A stretch of 64,000 bases of DNA from Iphione sp. A-MEVVRFRX5 (taxonomy: Eukaryota): NCBI GenBank assembly GCA_976226885.1, contig OZ320316.1:77066001-77130000 (forward strand). Reading direction: 5' to 3'. The notes below the pieces were generated by a model. That model was not told the origin of the DNA and ran no database searches. It saw only the letters and a list, made by a program, of their open reading frames with translations. The stretch's first letter is position 1; the number at the start of each line of letters is the position of its first letter. Below, piece after piece: positions 63,147-64,000 of this stretch. The position numbers and the translations under genes are program-made.

Positions 63147-63458
63147 TTTCATTTTTCATTTCATTGTATCTTTAACGAGGAACTAGATATTCTGTATCAA
63201 ACAATACTACCATTTATTGTTGAGAATTAAGAGACCAGAATACCCAGGGTTGTGCCCTACTCTTATTTCGAATAGGTTTCTGGGGTCTTTTTGTACATAG
63301 AGGACAGAATCCTATACACCCATGGTCTTTTTACTAGTTGTGGACCACTCTGGGTTGGGGCTACAGTAAATCTATCTGGTTGTGATCATGAGTCCCAAGC
63401 CCGAGATTAAACCTGCAACCTCTCAATCAGTGGACCAGTGCTCTACCACTGAGCTAAC
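63147..63458 (-). mobile_element. tRNA-derived SINE with (ATGAAA)-like tail
   Basis: Minus strand starts gttagctcagtggtagagcactggtcc...ggttgcaggtttaatc (tRNA-like A box, degenerate B box); the body ...ccccaacccagagtggtccacaac...aagagtaggg... and tail caatgaaatgaaaaatgaaa recur at 41181-41490. Confidence 0.8.
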
Positions 63459-64000
63459 TTAGATAGCATACTGTATCACAAGAACACACGTAGCATTCAT
63501 GCCTTTAGAATGTTAAGTTGCAAAACATTAATTTCATACCACTGTGACTTACTCATTATATTATACTTGTTATACAAGAATATTAGTATTATTACAAGTA
63601 ATGCCACTGTTGTAGAATTATTTCGTAATGCTTACATCACTGCCAGCCTGAACAATTCGAAATAACTATTATTACGTATTTAGGTGTAAATGGAAATAGC
63701 TGATGGGCATTATGTGTATAGATTAACTTTAATTTCAAGTGTTCACTGTTCGTGTAGGATATACACTCGACCTACCAAACACGAAGGGTATGCTTAGCCA
63801 AGTCAAATGTACGTAATTGGACGCATTGATATGATCTAGATATGGTCTTTCAAAGCTACTTTTGTGTCAACACGATGGGTCCACGGTAAGCACTGCACGC
63901 GCTCCGTACGTTCGTGCCGCTCTTCATTTGCCCCATTTCCCTTAAAGCATGCCACAGCCGTCGTAACTAGGTATGTGCTTACGGATCAAGTCAGAAGCGG

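Noticed and set aside
63400-63458. tRNA-like sequence
   Set aside because: It is the head of a SINE: the B box is degenerate, no full cloverleaf is evident, and it continues into a repeat body that recurs at 41.2 kb.
1-64000. CRISPR arrays, operons, rRNA genes, prokaryotic defence systems
   Set aside because: The sequence is intron-rich animal DNA; no regularly spaced repeat-spacer array or rRNA-like segment was seen.

Overview
Eukaryotic genomic DNA with no prokaryotic features. It is probably an invertebrate chordate such as Branchiostoma; this is inferred from the chordate-type exon layout and the very frequent TACATGTA octamer. The window lies inside the 5' part of one large minus-strand spectraplakin/plakin gene (MACF1/DST/PLEC family). 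Four constitutive exons encoding the first calponin-homology domain (CH1) are unambiguous: 62964-63025, 32289-32378, 31983-32060 and 30135-30227. Their sizes (62/90/78/93 nt) and phases match vertebrate plectin/dystonin exons 2-5. I did not find the CH2 exon, which must lie beyond position 1. The two long introns hold the interesting structure. (i) The 30-kb intron inside CH1 contains two frame-preserving microexons (HRYQK, 15 nt; HWRFPK, 18 nt) at the site of plectin exon 2-alpha (HWRAE), several larger phase-0/0 cassette candidates and a likely recursive AG|GT splice site. (ii) The >30-kb intron after CH1 contains a battery of candidate alternative first exons, each with ATG and a phase-0 donor. 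They would give CH1-less isoforms with different N-termini: Arg/Ser/Thr-rich, transmembrane anchor, basic/acidic, Cys plus polybasic, and short hydrophobic. There is also a phase-coherent multi-exon leader. The alternative exons are predicted by eye from splice signals and reading frames, not from transcripts. Repeats include two inverted copies of a tRNA-derived SINE, a TA-flanked CAGT...ACTG MITE, a 51-bp minisatellite beside an assembly gap, and microsatellites.
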